Shown: one piece after another, positions 50,207 to 62,560 of the stretch
Layout: every line of letters begins with the position of its first letter
Numbering within the stretch: the first letter of the stretch is position 1
Assembly: GCA_022813865.1 (NCBI GenBank)
Contig: JALDZX010000040.1
Span: 124,001 to 188,000, forward strand
Direction: 5' to 3'
Source: Xylographa opegraphella
Taxonomy: Eukaryota
DNA: 64,000 nt
The notes under the pieces: model-generated
What the model saw: only the letters and a program-made list of their open reading frames with translations
Databases searched by the model: none
Told to the model about the DNA's origin: nothing
Program-made: the position numbers and the translations under genes

Positions 50207-51817
50207 TCAGCCCAGAAAACTGCGGATATTCCCACCAATGTGCTCGAGGTCGAGCAGGAAGGTGTCGTGCCCAAACAAAGATGTATCCTCCCCCAGCTCA
50301 ACATGCGTCACCGATCGATTTCCCACCGCCCGCAATGTCTCGGCAATCTCCCTCTGCTGCCACGCCGGAAAGAGGATGTCACTGGCAACCCCCATGACAA
50401 GTGTCGGATGAGATCTCAGCGGAGCCAGACCGGCTACGAGATCTGCTGGCGGGGTGCTGGCGGTTCGGGTAACAGGGCTGGACAGAGAGTCCGCTGATTT
50501 AGTATCCTGCTCCTGATATGGTTCGTCGGGAAGGGTCAGGTTGCACGTCTGACTGCCGGCTTCCTGCATTTCGCCACGGGACAACTTTCCCTCGTTCTGC
50601 TGTCGAAGTTGGGCGATTTGTGTCTGATGCTGCTTGCCGAGATCAAAGAGGTCCATGGCCTTCGAAACATACAACAAGCTGTTGGGATCGTACTCGAGAG
50701 AAAACTTCTCTCCGGCGTGATCCAGATATGTCTCGATCAGAAAATCAGGACACAAGGCTGGCGGCCGACGTGGGTCCGCGCGTGTCCGCCCAAAGCGCTG
50801 CTCCCATTCCGGGCCGCTTCGATACGTGACAGTAGCGATCTCCCTAGCAAGCTTCATGCCAGCATGTGGCGGAATCCCTCGGTAGTAAAATCCTCGAGAC
50901 CAGTTTGGATCCATCATCAATACTTGCCGCTGAGTGTGTCGCATAGCTATGCTGTAGGGATGACTTCGTGCACAGCCACTGATACTGACAATCTTTCCAA
51001 CTCTGTCTGGATATAGCACGCCCGCGGCCAAGCTCTGCATTCCTCCCATACTTGAACCCACGCTGGCGTATAGCTTCTCAATGCCCAACCCATCCAACAG
51101 TCTGAACTGTGCTCGGACCATATCCTCCATGGTCAAGATGGGGAATCTCGTTGCATAGTTCTCGCCATTCGCAGGGTCGATGGAACTTGGGCCAGTACTT
51201 CCGTAGCACCCTCCAATCACATTTGTGCAGATCACGAAATATTTGTTTGTATCGATAGGCGCCCCAGGCCCAATGAACTTCTCCCACCATCCAGGCTTCG
51301 GATTGACTTCTGTGCTATGTGCATGGCTGGACGCAGAGAGACCTGTATGTAGTAGAATCGCATTGCTCTTTGTTTCATTCGGCGTACCCCAGGCCTCGTA
51401 GGCAATCTTGAATTCCGGAAGGACGCCGCCCCAGTCCAGCAAGATGGACTCATTGCAGTGAAAAACCTGGTGTTTCCCACTCGTGTATGATGGTTCTGGT
51501 CCGGACGACAATGACTTTCGCCAAAGGCTTTTGGTCTTCGCTTCCCGAGCATCGAGACAAGGAAAAGAGAGAGGCGGATTGGTAGATTCTGGAGGAGAAG
51601 GTTCTTCAACTTCTTCGAAAGCCTCCGCTACAGCAGCTTGCGCTGAGCTTCTCGTGTTGCCGTGTAACTGACGTTGGTTTCGCAAAGCGGAACGAGAAGG
51701 ACCGCATTCGGTTCGAAATTCCTTGGCTCCAATGGCATTCGTAGCTCGAGCGGAAATGTAACGGCTACTCCTCAGAGCGATGCGCGAGGCAGCGACGACG
51801 CATTTGGCGCTGTTCAT
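50207..51817 (-). CDS. cys2: Serine O-succinyl/acetyltransferase (MetX-like Cys2/CysA), with mitochondrial-type presequence
   Basis: [44 protein letters not shown] and FGHDTFLL. Arg/Ser-rich N-terminus. Confidence 0.88.
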   Translation of the reverse strand: MNSAKCVVAASRIALRSSRYISARATNAIGAKEFRTECGPSRSALRNQRQLHGNTRSSAQAAVAEAFEEVEEPSPPESTNPPLSFPCLDAREAKTKSLWRKSLSSGPEPSYTSGKHQVFHCNESILLDWGGVLPEFKIAYEAWGTPNETKSNAILLHTGLSASSHAHSTEVNPKPGWWEKFIGPGAPIDTNKYFVICTNVIGGCYGSTGPSSIDPANGENYATRFPILTMEDMVRAQFRLLDGLGIEKLYASVGSSMGGMQSLAAGVLYPDRVGKIVSISGCARSHPYSIAMRHTQRQVLMMDPNWSRGFYYRGIPPHAGMKLAREIATVTYRSGPEWEQRFGRTRADPRRPPALCPDFLIETYLDHAGEKFSLEYDPNSLLYVSKAMDLFDLGKQHQTQIAQLRQQNEGKLSRGEMQEAGSQTCNLTLPDEPYQEQDTKSADSLSSPVTRTASTPPADLVAGLAPLRSHPTLVMGVASDILFPAWQQREIAETLRAVGNRSVTHVELGEDTSLFGHDTFLLDLEHIGGNIRSFLG

Positions 51818-51939
51818 TGTGGGTATGCACTATGGCCTCCTTCAGTCCATCCCGCCTCCATGAATATAAACCATGTTTGTGTTCCATCATGCTTTGTAAA
51901 GTGCTTGCTCATTATTACATTTTGCTTGGAAGCTTTGCG

Positions 51940-51958
51940 ATGACACGATTTCACGTGA
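51940..51958. promoter_or_regulatory. CYS-3-like site adjacent to a Cbf1-type E-box upstream of cys2
   Basis: ATGACACGAT at 51940-51949 (9/10 to ATGRYRYCAT) and TCACGTGA at 51951-51958, about 125-140 nt upstream of the ATG. Confidence 0.35.
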
Positions 51959-52302
51959 ACGCTAACTACATTCGGAACCTGCGGAAGTGGAAATCGCATG
52001 TTTGTACAACCCAATCGCTTTCCACTACGCTTTATCTCGCCTCCGATGTGACGGAGGCGTCGTTCTCCGACGAAGTTTAGAGCGGTGGATGATTGCTGTA
52101 GACGTTCCAAGTCTGTGGCACTCAAAAAAGACTTTTATGAATAGAGTAACCAGTTGAAGATATCGCAAATGCTACAACAAGGCTAAGCATACCTACGGCA
52201 GCGTTGCTACCGACTACTACCCAATAAGAACCACCCCCTATACCCGGACTTTTACACGGCCGTACTGCTTGTGGTTGAAGAAGAAGAAAAATTCAATCAT
52301 CC

Positions 52303-52868
52303 TCAGGGCTTCACTGGGCGCCACCAGGCCTTCCAATTCCCTTGTCGATGTGTAAGGATCACGCCCTATAATCATCAGCCGCATACATTGAGATATTTAT
52401 GAATCACACACCATAATCGCCGTAAAGAGCCAGCAGATAGCACTCAGCAAGCTAAAAGCAATAGCAGCTTTCCACCGCGAACATGTACTGCCTGTTGTGA
52501 TCTGGCCCCAATTCCAAATGGAACCGCAATCCAGCGGTCCGATGTAGTTTATCAGAAGTCCCAGTGTGACCAGCCATGCGAACAGGAGACAGGTCTCAAG
52601 AGGATAGCTGATTGGAGCCAAGGAAAATGGGAGCCAGACGATGGCTAAAAGCATGGAGAGACCGGCAATGACTTCCATGTAAATGAAGTGCGGTTCAGGC
52701 CATGTATTCGGGGCTTTGAGCCTCTGAAGGTAGTAGCTGACAAGTCCAGCCACGGTCGCTGCTGATGTGTTAGTCCTACTCGTCATTGGAATGCGTCCCA
52801 GCCTTACCTGCGAAAGCAACTTCGCCAATGCGGAAAGGTATGGACAAAAAACGAAAAATAGGAGACAT
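52303..52868 (-). CDS. MARVEL-like four-TM membrane protein
   Basis: Spliced MSPIFRFLSIPFRIGEVAFAATVAGLVSYYL...FIYMEVIAGLS...DCGSIWNW...CSRWKAAIAFSLLSAICW. Two introns. Confidence 0.8.
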
Positions 52869-53954
52869 TCTGAAGGATAATTCGGATAGGGATGCGGAGT
52901 TAGGATTGAAACGCTATATCATAGACCACAGGAGAAGTTGAAGCTTAAGTAGAATGATCTGTTGTGGAGCATAACGAATATGGTAGTCACTACTGGATGC
53001 ATTATGAAGCAAACAAACAAAGGAATGTTGAGCCAAACACAATGATCAATCTCAAACACATCTCAACATAAATCCAAGAGAGATACGATATTACAGATGG
53101 TATCAAAATCGATCTTCTGAAGCTCAATCACGCTGTTCATGGTTGACAGCTCGCGCGCGAGAAAGAAACTATCATGACAAAGTCCACCTTGTCGCCCACG
53201 ATATGTTTGATGGCAGGAATTTTAACAAGTAGATTCTGGTAGCTGGAATGCCATAGTTCGAGCAATATGTGCTACACAATTCTTCAATCGACGAAGCAAG
53301 CTTCTAACGACCAATGCCAGGACTTTGAATTTCGAACTCCTGGTCCAGCACTTCGGCATCAGCGGAAACACGAATGGTGATGACTGGGACGGAGATGAGA
53401 GATCCCGAATGGGCCTGGTCAAGAGTACCGGAGCACGTAGACCGACAGATATCGGCTTCAGGGCCGAAATCGGCACGCCATGTACACAATTCAAACACGG
53501 GTCCGTTCGACAGAATACTCCTCGACAACCTCGGCAGGTTGGTAAGAACGATCTGACAAACGCAGTTCTTACTCCATCGACCTAAAATCTCGCATGATAA
53601 AACGAAAACGAAAACGCAAATCAGAATTCCAAATCTCGCTTCCAGTCACCGCAGCTGTCACCAAAGCCGAGGCTTAATGTAGATACTGCCACGCTAAAAG
53701 AATGGCCTGGGTCGAGGCCCTAAAGGCAAGGCCGCTGATTCATTGCTGTGATTACGAGAAGCTGCAGCTGTCATGGTCGCATGAAAGTGACATCGGCTGT
53801 GAATATATAAAGTACCCGGAACAAAGACCCTGTTGTTTGTATGTACCAGAGTCCTGCCAAATAATTACCCAACCGACTGAGCATTCGAGCCTCTCTTCCA
53901 CCAGTTGATATTTTGTGAAACGTCTCACCACATCTTGCACTACCTGCCTCTAGC

Positions 53955-54837
53955 ATGACCTCGAAGCTCATCCCCGCCGACCCCTCGAGTGTGATGGTGA
54001 TTCGCAAAGTCACCCCCAACATCACGACCTGCTCTGCGCCATTCGCGCGATTCGGTCGCTTCAAGATTGGAGGGCGAGGAACAATTGGTGTGTTTCTACT
54101 CCTATTTAATCACTCGGTTTAGGGGGTCACATAGCTAATGGGCTCCTGCAGTCCGACTCCCTAACAACGCTCTCGCCGTGTTCTCGCCCACCGCCCTCAC
54201 TCCCGAAGTACGCTCCGCCGTCGCCGAGCTCGGCAATAACGTGCGCTACATCTCCGCTCTTGACTATGAGCATCACATCTTCATCACCCAATGGGCTCAA
54301 GCCTTCCCCAACGCGACCCTCCTCGGCGTGGAAGGCTTACCGGAGAAACGGCAATCCTCGAAAGAAGCCGCAGGGACGACTTTCCAGCACGTATGGACGC
54401 AGCAGAACAAGGCGGCCTTCAAGGTCGATCCGGATTTCGATGCGGCGTTCGACTACGAGTACGTGGGCAGCCACGCGAATAAGGAGCTGGTCTTTTTCTA
54501 CAAGCCGGACCGGACTCTGATCGAGGCCGATCTGCTGTTCAATCTGCCAGCCACGGAGCAGTACTCGAGGACGAAGGAGGGGGCTGAATCGGGGTTCTTG
54601 ACTAAGCTGTTCGTCGGCCTGATGAGTGCGCGCGGCGAAGCGAAGTGGCAGAAGAGATTCCTGTGGTATGCGGCGAGCTCGAAGGATAGAGAGGCGTTCA
54701 ACAAGAGTGTGAACCGGATCAATGGGTGGGACTTCGAGAGGATAATCCCGTGCCACGGGGATGTGATTGAGAGTGGTGGGAAGGGCATCTTTCAGAATGT
54801 CATGGAGTGGCATTTGCAGGGGAAGAAGTCTTCGTGA
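53955..54837 (+). CDS. DUF4336-like / metallo-beta-lactamase-fold protein
   Basis: MVIRKVTPNITTCSAPFARFGRFKIGGRGT(intron)...VFSPTALT, DYEHHIF, NKELVFFYKPDRTLIEADLLFNLPA and WDFERIIPCHGDVIE. Confidence 0.82.
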
Positions 54838-57583
54838 ACGGAATTTTAGAGCATGACTGTTCTTCTTGCGTATCGATACCACATTGGCGTTGTTCGCTTT
54901 TTGGGATGGCTGCTTTTTACCTGTAGATTGGAGTCGACGTTGCGGGATACATCGGTTGCTGCAGGTAGAGGAGCGTTCATGATGTTAGAAGGGGTACAAG
55001 CATAATGGAAATTTTAGAGTCAACGTGTGCATTTGAATAGAGATTTGGTGCTGTAAACTGCGTCCTTGCCATTCCCTGACTGCAAGCCTTGTATCCCCAA
55101 AAACCTCTTCTCATCAAAGCCCTCATCCAACTGACCGTCCATCCACTCAGAAGCGACATCTATCCAGACATCTCATTCCCGAGTAAACGAAAGCCTCTGT
55201 CATCCAGAGGTCTCCATGCACCCCCAATCTTTGTAGCACCCCTATACATCATCCCAACCACCCACCTACCTCCCCCAGGCTCTCAGATCAGCTCTCAAGT
55301 TCTCATCGACAACCATACCGTCCCCGCCTCCGCCCATACGAGCAGGAAACAGTTCCAGTCGGCTGCCCTACAACTTTGGCTTTTGACACGACGTTCTCAT
55401 CACTGAGCCACACACTCCCCTTCCCTCCACCCACACTTTCCCAACTCGGCACAGCCCACAGAGGCTTCTTACCACTCTCTCTCTCCAGCAAAGGAAACGG
55501 CCTGTAGAACATTAGCGACAACAACTTCTAGCCCCAGAGGGGGCGCGGGGGGGCGCGCGCTTCTTACGGAGCGGAATCGCCAATCCGATTGAAAACTACA
55601 TTTTCCTCATCACGAGCCCCGTCCTCACCGCCGAAAGCAGGTGGAGAGCCAGGGCTTCCGAGAAGATGTTTCGTCATGGGCGCCTGCTACACGCCCTTTC
55701 TTGCCGTTTTCTCGAAAGTGTAAGAGCCATCCGCGCGGCGTTTCCTCACGGGCCCGTGGACGTGGAGGCGGCAGACAAGCCCAAGCGCATCTCGCAATCG
55801 ATACCCCACGGGGCATACGTAGCGACTCTAAGATTTCTGTTCACGTCTCTCAGTCATATGTCCGCCCCGCCCCATGCGCTCACACATGGTGAACATGCGG
55901 GCTTTGCTGTGGTAGAAAAAGGGGGGGGGACATCGTGGAGCTCGGTGGAGGGTTCGTCATGGAGTGTAGACTGCTGGGGTGTGAGTGCCAGTGGATGAGG
56001 AGTATAGGTGGATGGGGAATGGGGTCTTACTGGCTTGTTCCTCATGCCTAGAGAATGTTGCGTCCGGAAAGTGGTTGGCGCGTTATGAGCGGCCGTTGGT
56101 AAAGCCACTCGGCGTGCTGATATACCGACCTCCTCACTGACTATCGGCACCACCACGTAGATAGACACACAATGCCTTGATATCCGCAAAAATTTTGGAT
56201 GCGGTACAATTCTTGCGACTCCATATTTGGTGTTTAGCAGAATTGGATTTCCAGCTATTTTCCACGGCCACTGAAGCCGCACAGGCTTGGTGAAAATTAA
56301 TTAGCACCAATCAACTACATGTACTCACACTTTGATGTCCTGATATTGGAAGTCGCAACGTTGAAGGTGTAACGAAGCATCCGAGTTCTGCGTCGCCCAT
56401 CTATACGTCTCGGCTCTGGTGATCACCTATGATTGTAAGGAAAGAGCCATCCGACGAAGCTACTATGTTTCGACGACACATCACATTTTCGACGCCAGAG
56501 GAGCTCTAGCCTTTGTGTCCGCTAGACTTTAGAGTATATAGAAGACCGCTGCCGTCAGCATGAAATCTATGAGAATTCCGTGCCGGTCGCCTAACCGCCT
56601 CATAGGAAAAATCCTAGTCGATTGGACAGAGGAGGCACCACGATAGATACATTGAATGACTCTCCCTTGAAACAACCTAGAGAGCACACAGAGCACCACA
56701 CCCCATGGAAGGAAACAACTGAGCATCTTCGATCCAACTCATTTCACCATCCGAACCTCCCTCAAAGCTTCATGCCATGAAATCTCAATCTAATCTTTCG
56801 TCTGTAGCCCCTCAGTGCGGAAGGCGTCGAACGCACAGATCACGCTTCGATGACGGAGAGCTCCTGCCAAGAACGACGTGGATCTAACGGGTCACAGTCT
56901 CGCATAACAGCTATTGGCAATGAGCGATCTGTCTGCATAGACCAATGGCCGAAACCTTGACCGCAAAGTTCGGAAGAGGCCTATCGGTCAATAAGAGCTG
57001 CGTGATAGCGAAAAATGGCACCAATGTAGACTTTCAGGCAGAAGAGCGATCTGCCACGTTCGCAGCGAAGAATCCCGTTCTTGATCTGGGTCGGAAGAAC
57101 GCATGCCTGAAAATGTGTTTTGGCAATGTTTGGGACCTCTGCTGGCGAGAATCACTGTTCGAAACTCCGGGGTTGTGCTCGGGTACTGGGTAGTGGAAGG
57201 GTTTGGATGTGAGTTCAGTATGTAGGGTCTCATAGTCCTACCGCTATGAGATTGAGATTGCAATCACCGATGACAGAGACGATGAAGCGGGATAGCGGTA
57301 TCAAGGGAGGGAATGAGAGAAGTGGGTATGAGGAGATGGATGTATTGCTTTTTTGCAGAGCGGCCATCGAAGGCTTAAGGAATGGAATCAATGAAGCAGA
57401 AACATAAAAAAATGAACTGCGCCGATGGCCTATGGTGAATGACGGTCACTGAAAGAGGAATTCCTCGTGAGATTGTGCAGAAGATATGAACAGTCCATTG
57501 CTGTGTCCTAACAATACTCTCGAAGGTCACAAACCCATATCTAGGCATGTTACAGCTCTCGAAGACTCTCGAAGACTGCAGTT

Positions 57584-58784
57584 TCACGATCCTCGCTTGG
57601 CACGTGTGCTTCGTCTTGCAGCAGGTCTCTGGGACATCCCACCGTTCTCTTTTCCAGCGTCAGAGATGCTCTCCGGCTTCTTGTCTGACACAGGTACCTT
57701 CGTCATCGCATCATGCTGAAGGTTGTGCTGTCTTGCTTCCTGGCTGCGAAGCGCAATTCCGGTCTGCTCTACAGGCTCAGAAAGATCGTCGCCTCTCCGA
57801 TTACGAGCGACGGATTTGCTTGGTAAAGTCTTTGGACGGGCATCTGGTTGCGTATCTGCGATAGCCGTCGCCTTTCTCTTTGTTTCTCGGGTTCCTGGTT
57901 CGTCGTCCACATCGGCATGCCTTTTCCTTGATTTGGTTCCATTCGCAGCCATTGAATCTTTCTTAGGAACCCTTGCGTGGACACCAGACTCGCTGCCAAC
58001 GACGTCATCAGTCATAGTTGGAGCTCCATCCTTGGTAGTTTTGGAACTTGTATGTCTCCTGGTATCCGTGGGTTTCTGCTCTGCTTCCACTCCAATGGCA
58101 GTTTCACTGTTGTATGCAAGCTTACTAGTATCTGAATAATTGCCCCGTCCACTGACCGATATAATCCCTTGTACCTCAGGCACCTCGTAGTCTTGCGACT
58201 CAGTTTCAACTTTCTTACCATCGTCTCTGTGGTATATTTTGAAGCGGTCCCTCCAATCTTTTAGTAATGCAACTTTCTCTCCCTCATCATCAGCAAGAAT
58301 TGGAAGCGGAGGTGCCGTAAATGTACTGTCCTTCAACCAACGGACCACAGCGGAGGATGAGGACGTCTCCGTCAAATTCGGGTCCGAGGGGTCATCCAAA
58401 CATTGTCCAGTTTTGACTCCTGCATAATCTGCGCATCGTTTCCTCGCCTTTCCACGAGGTTGGCTAGGGTTTTGCTTCCTTCGTGAATTCAGCTTGGCCT
58501 CCTCTCTGTCCACAGATACCCGTGTAACCGCTTCCGGAGCGTGGTCGTAGTAGTCATCTGAGCAGTATTCCACGTCGGTAAAAATCTCCCCAATTTCTTT
58601 GTCTGAATCATAATCAAGCCAAACCGGCGACTGCACCGTATTTTGTGTGAGGTCATCCTGCAGGCCATCGTAGTGTAATCAGCTTACAGCAAGCGAGACC
58701 TTGCTACTGAGCACTTACAGCTTCAGCAATTGGGTCGTCGAGGAGCCAAAAGTACTCGTCGTCATCGTCATCGTAGTCTTCCAT
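57584..58784 (-). CDS. Conserved-looking hypothetical protein with acidic N-terminus
   Basis: Exon 1 MEDYDDDDDEYFWLLDDPIAEA (GTAAGT donor) spliced to DDLTQNTVQSPV...DVEYCSDDYYD...VALLKDWRDRF. Confidence 0.7.
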
Positions 58785-60530
58785 ACTAAGGGCTAGAATC
58801 TTGGGAATAATCAGATCCCGTGAGTACAAATACCAGGAGACGGAGATTATTTACCAGTAGTAAGTAGGCACGTCGACGACGATTACTTATGGGCATGTGG
58901 CGATCATTTAGCGGCTCATGAGCGAGTCATGAGAACGACGACAAAGACGCCTCACCGCAAGAGTGTGGATGTGAATCATAGAATTCACCAGGCAGTGGTG
59001 GATCACAGTCGGCGTACGAGCTGCTGATCCAGAATCCTTAAACTGCCTGATCCCAGGTAGCCAATCAGAACCTAGCATACCACAGTGGATTAAGGGTCCA
59101 TCCCGTGTAAAGAGCCTCTCCACGCCACCCCACATTTCTGCAAGAGTGAAGCGCTAAGGCGGCCGCCCGCTGTCAGTGGGCTAAGGTACCTAGGTCCTAC
59201 CTTACCTAGCCTTACTGCAGGTGTCACTAAATACAATGCGGGCAAAAGGAATTCGAGGTTAACATTACCACTTGACTGTGGAATGATACCCTCGTTCAAT
59301 CAGAGTGCGCATCAAATGCCTGACACATAGACTAACTGAGAGTTGACCTTCGATCTAAGTGCTGGGAACTCACAGTTGAGGAGGCGTCTATTACTAGTCT
59401 ACGAAGAATCATATTTGGACTGAAGCTCCAACTTCTCCTATACACGGACAATCTTTGTTATTGACTGGATTTATCAAGCTCTGATCTGGGTGGTGCTGTG
59501 GTCGCTCGTCAGGGGAAGTTGTGTCAGACATTCTCGTCCATTTCACTGTCCGGGCAATATGGCTGCAACTTGCAGAAGCCGTCGCTGATTGAGTCTGTAC
59601 GCACTGTAGCTTACGTTTTCCCTCGGTATACAAAATTCAATTCAGCTTTTCTCATTGGTGCGATATTCTTTTGCTTGGTCTCTTTTTTCTTGTGATGGTG
59701 AACGAAACGAGAGATACGTATGGGGTATGTAACGCGCCGATTATGGCAACTAACACGATGGTGCTATACGGTATCCTCAGTATAATCATGGTCGTGAACG
59801 AGGACTCAATTTATACATATCGAGAAAAATTCGATTTGTATCATGAATTGGTACTATCAACCTCGGAGCCCAACGCCTCAAAAGTTCGACCAAAAATATC
59901 ATTCTCTGCGCTTTATTTCACTCAATTATCTCCCTGCTTCTCCATGCCCATCTCTCGCTCTCAGCCGCCGCCGCCTCTTTCCGTGCACTTGATCCCTGCG
60001 CTCTCCCTTCCCTAACCATGCCATTAGCTGAAAGAGGTAGTATCGAGTTGAAACTTGGCGCTGTCTGCTCAGAGCTGCGCGCGACGGCCCCGATGGGTAC
60101 CTGTGAATAGAGCGCAGTGGTCCTGCCGAAGCTGGGCTTAAAGGGCCTCACTGAGAGTGGAGGATGGGAAGGATATGTTAATAGGTAGAAGTTTTGTCAG
60201 GGGGATGCTGATATGCTGGCTGGTCGAAGGTGTTCGCTATGTCGAATCAGTGTTGCAGCTGACCGTTCAAGTGCCTTATTGAAGGGACTGCCTGAGCATG
60301 GGACGAAGGGAGGCTGGAAGATCGAGGTTATGAAGCTGCTCAGTAGATGAATGAAGTGAATCGTCGAAGCACTGTGAGGGGATGAGGCCAGTCGGTTATA
60401 AGTTGGGGGTGGCTTGGTAGCATAATTCGAAAGAGCAGGATGCTGACCAGGCGGCAGGAGTTGACCAGCAAAGGTAGGTCGATCAAGGGAGTAGGTAGTC
60501 TGGATAAATAATATTGACCGGCAGAAGACA

Positions 60531-60606
60531 GAATAGGCGGATGGACTGAATAGGCGGATGGACTGAATAGGCGGATGGACTGAATAGGCGGATGGACTGA
60601 ATAGGC
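60531..60606. repeat. Perfect 17-bp minisatellite (GAATAGGCGGATGGACT) x4 plus 8 nt
   Basis: Direct read of units at 60531, 60548, 60565 and 60582, with a partial unit at 60599. Confidence 0.95.
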
Positions 60607-60989
60607 ACAAGAAGGTTGAGTGGACCAGGAAATATTAGATGGAGGAGAACGTATGAACTGCAATGGATGACTGAGTAGCGAGGGTCGATAGATAAAGAGA
60701 GCGATTAGGTAGACAATTTCAGATAGTGAGGTCGACGCGGACGACGACGACATAGGTCGCATTGGTCGGTCTGCGTAGCTGGAAGAAAGCGATAAGTATA
60801 TGGTATTGAGGGTAGTTATGTCAGGCAAGTCAAAAGCAGACTGGAGTTGTTTGCTTTATTGGATACAAAGGCCCTGCCCAGACATTTCTTTGCGAGAGAC
60901 TCGGATGCGGAGACAGAGGTAGTAATGAGTTTGATTAGGTGGTGGCGGTAGCAGGGAACTGAGACGGCCCGAGAGAGGGAGAACGTAGG

Positions 60990-62560
60990 CAGAAGTAGTG
61001 GTTAGGAAGAGGGAGTGGTTAGACTCAGGAGAGAGTGGTTGGACTCAGATGTCGACCCAATTTGAGAAAAATGAAGAAAACGGGAGAGCAGAAGAATTAA
61101 CGACGATGAACGCCGCTGAAGTCCGCAGAGTACTAGGAGATGCCGTGTTAGCCAAGTCAGACACAGGACGAGAAAGCCTTCTTACAGAATATGGAATTCA
61201 ACCTAAGCATATAGCGGAGTCGCATGGGAGGTTGAATAGGTGAAGAATAATGGGTTCAGCAGAACATTCAGCGAGTCATCAATGATGAAAAGTAATAATA
61301 TAGGTGCTACCTGGCTAACAATATGAACGCGGCAGTAAACAATATGTATGTATAGATATAAGTAATGGTACAATGGATAAACTATCACTGATATAAGGGC
61401 CAGCCCGGGTGTGAGTATAAATTACCAGCCAGTTCAAGTATATGGAGTAGTTCGTCCATAAAGGTATAGATCATAATGAAGACAAGACCAGATCTACCTT
61501 GATTAAATATCAAGAAATAAAAATGTGCAAGTCCGGCCGCTGTAATGATATGCGGACTCAAGCCTGGCAAAGATGCCTAACGACGACGTAAAAGTATAAG
61601 GGAGCAGCCCAAGTAAGGACATGGAAGAGATCGTAACGAATAGGTAATGGTACAGGTGGTGGTACAGGTTGTGGTACAGGTGGTGGTACAAGTGGCGGTA
61701 CATGGTGGTACAGATGATGGTACAGATGGTGGTACAAATGGTGGTACAGGTGCTGGTTCAGATAATATTCCAAGTGGTACCCAGAACAAAGAATATAGAA
61801 TCCACCCAGGGAAGCAAATGTTAAGATCAGCCCAGATAAGAACGTAACGAAATTTCCCAAGTGATAATATAAGAGATTGGCCTAGTCTAAATTATGTAAG
61901 ATCCAGCAAAAGCAAGGGTGGGGACCAGTACAGGTAAGGATATAAAAGCTCAGCATAGGTAAGAACATGAGGTCCAGCTCAGATAAAAGTATGGAGCGAC
62001 AGTTCATGTAATCGTACTGGTAATGATAAAGTACGAAGACCAGTCGGGGTATCACAAGTGATTTGGATAAGAAGTTGGATAAAGATCAGTATATAAGAGT
62101 CATGAGGAGGGACCAGCCTGGATAGGAATAGGTAGTGCTAGCAAGGTAAGGATATGCAGGACCAGTCCAGGTAAGGCCATGATATGAGGGACCAGCCCGG
62201 ATAAGAATACGATTCGAGCCCTGCTCAGCTAATGATAAAGATAATAATGAGGTACGAAGACCAGTCCACGTAACATAGGAGTTTTGAAGTGAGTGTCGGA
62301 GATAGAGTGAACAATAGTAAAAGTCGCACGAATGGACCAGTCCGGTTAGGAATATAAGGGAGGTGGCGGTCGAAAAGGATGGTAGTGGTAGGATAACAGA
62401 TAGTAGGTGGTAATGATAAACAGTCGTTAGGCGTGAAAGAATAGGCGAAAGGATAAAGGAGTATAAGCAAACGATTGTCGTATAGGACTGGAGGGCGAGA
62501 GAGGATGAGAAGCTGGGATCGAAGAGGAGATGGAGAAGCCGAGGGTTCGAGCGGTCGAGA
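60990..62560 (+). pseudogene. Degenerate, probably RIP-mutated, repeat-protein gene or transposon ORF relic
   Basis: Strongly purine-rich + strand, frames broken by many TAA/TAG stops, and a recurring degenerate motif GGACCAGYCCRGRTAAG. Confidence 0.45.
61648..61760. repeat. Imperfect 12-bp tandem repeat (GGTACAGGTGGT) of about 9 copies
   Basis: Direct read. It would encode GTGG/GTDG repeats in one + frame. Confidence 0.9.

Noticed and set aside
60531..62350. CRISPR-like array
   Set aside because: Eukaryotic context. The repeats are tandem or irregularly spaced and degenerate, with no constant-length unique spacers and no cas genes.
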